From Candidatus Poribacteria bacterium (GTDB lineage: Bacteria > Poribacteria > WGA-4E > JAJDTR01), in assembly GCA_965222225.1 (NCBI GenBank), contig CBDCTK010000002.1, positions 5,408,001-5,472,000 of the forward strand: a stretch of DNA of 64,000 nt. The letters run 5' to 3'. The position numbers and the translations under genes are program-made. The notes under the pieces are model-generated. The model was not told where the DNA came from, made no database searches, and worked only from the letters and a program-made list of their open reading frames with translations. Shown piece after piece: positions 61,651 to 64,000 of this stretch; the first letter of the stretch is position 1; every line of letters starts with the position of its first letter.

Positions 61651-63999
61651 TTAATTTCCCGAGATCGCCAGCTTTGTGAGATCACCAACAACATTTAACT
61701 TAATGGCAATTGAATTCAATAGTGCCAAGCGGTTGAATCGGAGTTCAGCGTTTTCAGACATTACAAGGACTTCATCGAAAAACCGATCAATTGCTGGCTG
61801 GAGGTATCCCAGATGAGTAAGTAGCTGGGCATAAGCATGTTTATCAACGGCATTCTGAAGTTTCGGTTCAGCTTTCGCTATCGCAGCCGCCAATTCAATC
61901 TCAGCCACATCTTGCAAGAGATTGGGATTAACTTCGGTCGGAGGAGTATCCGGTAAGATTCGTAAAACGCGATTCAAGGCAGGGTATATACTGTTGAAGT
62001 CATGTTCATCTCGAAATGCGGCAATGACTTCCGCTCGTTTCAAAACGTCTATGATGTCAAGCTCGCCGGTCGCGAGTACCATATCAAGAATGTCCGGTTC
62101 ATAGCCCTTGGCCTGCAACAGGACTTCAATTCGCCCCTCAAAGAACTCAAGTAAAGCGGACTTCGTATCTTCCGCCAACTCTACTCGATACAGTCTGACG
62201 GACTCTTCGATTATGGACCCGAGCGGAAGGTGGAATTTCTTTTCCAACAGAATACGTGCCACTCCAATTGCTTGGCGCCTCAACGAATAGGGGTCCTGTG
62301 AACCCGTTGGTCGCTCATTGATGCCAAAGTAGCCGACCAAGGTATCAATTTTGTCCGCGATTGATAAGGTAACACCGGCATCCGTTTGAGGCAATGCTCC
62401 ATCGGCAGAGATAGGTTGATAATGTTCCTCAATGGCGAGCGCAACTTCGGGCGCCTCTTCAGAGTTCTGAGCGTAATACTTTCCTACGATACCTTGCAGA
62501 GACGGGAACTCAATCACCATGAGCGTGGTCAAATCCGCTTTGCAAAGTTGTGCTGCTCGAACCGCGTGCTTCTTTGAAACCTCGGAAAACCCACCTTGTG
62601 AGGCATTCCGACCAATCTCATCCATGATGAAACCGGCAAGTGCATCTAATCGTTTGGCTTTGTCTAGCAACGAGCCAAGTTTGGCATGGAAAACGACGTC
62701 ACGCAACCGATCGACCTTGTCCGACAGGAGTGTCTTTTGATCTTCCCGGTAGAAAAACTCGGCATCATTTAATCTTGCGTGAAGAACGCGTTCATTGCCA
62801 TGCCTTACACCATCGTGATTCCCATCAGTTCCGTTGGAAATGATGATAAACTTCGCCTTGAGTTTGCCGTCACTTGACCACATCGGAAAGTAACGTTGAT
62901 AGCTTTTCATCGGCGTAATTAAGACTTCGGTTGGCAAAGAGAGGTGAGACTTACTAAAGCTTCCGACAATCGGCTGAGGATTTTCGACGAGATAAGTAAC
63001 GGTATTCAACAACTCATAATCAATCTCCACTAGGCATCCTTCAGCTTCCAAGATCTCGGTCACTTGTCGCTCAATCCTATTCCGTCGTTCCTCCTGATCT
63101 ACGACGACATTTATTTTCCGAAGCTGCTTGATGTAACTCTCTAAGGACGCGTCCGTTAATTCAATGGGTTCAGGATTGAGAGAACGATGTCCGTAAGTGC
63201 GCCGTCCAGACCGAAGTGTGTCAAGTTGAAAATCAACTACCCGATCGCCGAAGAGGACAACCAACCAGCGAATGGGACGAGCAAACCGCAACTTGTCCCA
63301 GCGCATGGTCTTGGGGAAGCTCAACGATTGAATCCATATGGGAAGGATTTCCTTTAAGAATTCTATGGCAGGACGCCCTTTTTCTAGCTTGGAAGACGCT
63401 ACATATTCTCCGCGTTCCGTCTCAACAATCTTTAAATCCGTGACATCAACTCCCTGCGTTTTCGCAAACCCGATAGCGGCCTTCGTTGGTCCTCCATTCT
63501 CATCGTAGGCAACTCGCCTCGGTGGACCAACTACCTCGGACACATCGTCGCTTTGAGTGGTTGCCAACCCTTTGACACAGAGTGTTAAACGGCGCGGGGT
63601 TGCTAATGTGTGTATTTCCTCAAATGAAAGACGATGCGTCTCAAGAGAGTTCGACGCAATATTTCTAAGTTGTTCCAATGCGGGGGCAAGATAACCGGTT
63701 GGAATCTCTTCCGTGCCAATTTCAAACAACAGATCCGCCGATTCATCGGATGTCACTGTCGCCTTCTTCGGTTCTTCCTCTATGGCATCTTCTTGTGTTC
63801 TCGGTGCCCAGCGATTCAATAGAGGATGTCCCATCTTCTCGCGTTGCTCTACATATGCGCGAGCGGTCTGCTGTGCTAGGCGCCGTACTCGTTCGATATA
63901 GTTGACACGCTCCGTGACACTGATAACCCCCCGAGTGTCAAGCATATTGAAAGTATGCGAGCATTTGAGCACATAATCAGTTCCGGGTAATACGAGTCC
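61651..63999 (-). CDS. glyQS: Fused glycine-tRNA ligase alpha/beta (5' part outside window)
   Basis: The alpha C-terminus [21 protein letters not shown] is in frame with the beta subunit ([35 protein letters not shown]). Confidence 0.92.
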   Translation of the reverse strand, partial: GLVLPGTDYVLKCSHTFNMLDTRGVISVTERVNYIERVRRLAQQTARAYVEQREKMGHPLLNRWAPRTQEDAIEEEPKKATVTSDESADLLFEIGTEEIPTGYLAPALEQLRNIASNSLETHRLSFEEIHTLATPRRLTLCVKGLATTQSDDVSEVVGPPRRVAYDENGGPTKAAIGFAKTQGVDVTDLKIVETERGEYVASSKLEKGRPAIEFLKEILPIWIQSLSFPKTMRWDKLRFARPIRWLVVLFGDRVVDFQLDTLRSGRRTYGHRSLNPEPIELTDASLESYIKQLRKINVVVDQEERRNRIERQVTEILEAEGCLVEIDYELLNTVTYLVENPQPIVGSFSKSHLSLPTEVLITPMKSYQRYFPMWSSDGKLKAKFIIISNGTDGNHDGVRHGNERVLHARLNDAEFFYREDQKTLLSDKVDRLRDVVFHAKLGSLLDKAKRLDALAGFIMDEIGRNASQGGFSEVSKKHAVRAAQLCKADLTTLMVIEFPSLQGIVGKYYAQNSEEAPEVALAIEEHYQPISADGALPQTDAGVTLSIADKIDTLVGYFGINERPTGSQDPYSLRRQAIGVARILLEKKFHLPLGSIIEESVRLYRVELAEDTKSALLEFFEGRIEVLLQAKGYEPDILDMVLATGELDIIDVLKRAEVIAAFRDEHDFNSIYPALNRVLRILPDTPPTEVNPNLLQDVAEIELAAAIAKAEPKLQNAVDKHAYAQLLTHLGYLQPAIDRFFDEVLVMSENAELRFNRLALLNSIAIKLNVVGDLTKLAISGN

Positions 64000-64000
64000 A

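Noticed and set aside
4446-63905. Numerous short antisense or overlapping ORFs in the track (e.g. 4446-5213, 6116-6715, 46615-47283, 37727-37912)
   Set aside because: They are shadows of well-supported genes or read-throughs of repeats, with no motifs.

Overview
Bacterial chromosomal window, probably Candidatus Poribacteria or a relative. This is an inference from a 'LLQNYPNPFNxETWIPF' FlgD-Ig tail, a fused glyQS, a PhyH remnant and giant propeller/HEAT lipoproteins. The window holds metabolic genes, an Lhr helicase, about 8 pseudogenes, two IS1595-family elements, GTAG-REPs and MITEs. Two observations stand out. (1) About 30 copies of a ~36-nt non-coding element, GATCAA-VB-GA-VY-GRAYA-RB-GA-VB-GCGATAG-NRWTCCC, lie in nine intergenic clusters (11.7-37.7 kb). 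Its variable positions covary as base pairs. It is always on the + strand, it sits inside REP/MITE hairpins (filled and empty sites are both present), and it nests inside itself. It looks like an extremely small, structure-defined mobile element. (2) Two ORFs at 53562-55094 (-) are one gene joined by an in-frame UGA in the motif WGPLDDESC-U, followed by a SECIS-like hairpin. This is a bacterial homolog of animal selenoprotein N. Next to it is an operon of three ~1350-aa beta-propeller paralogs (one split by IS1595) and an outer-membrane protein. All family calls come from motif recognition only; no searches were run.
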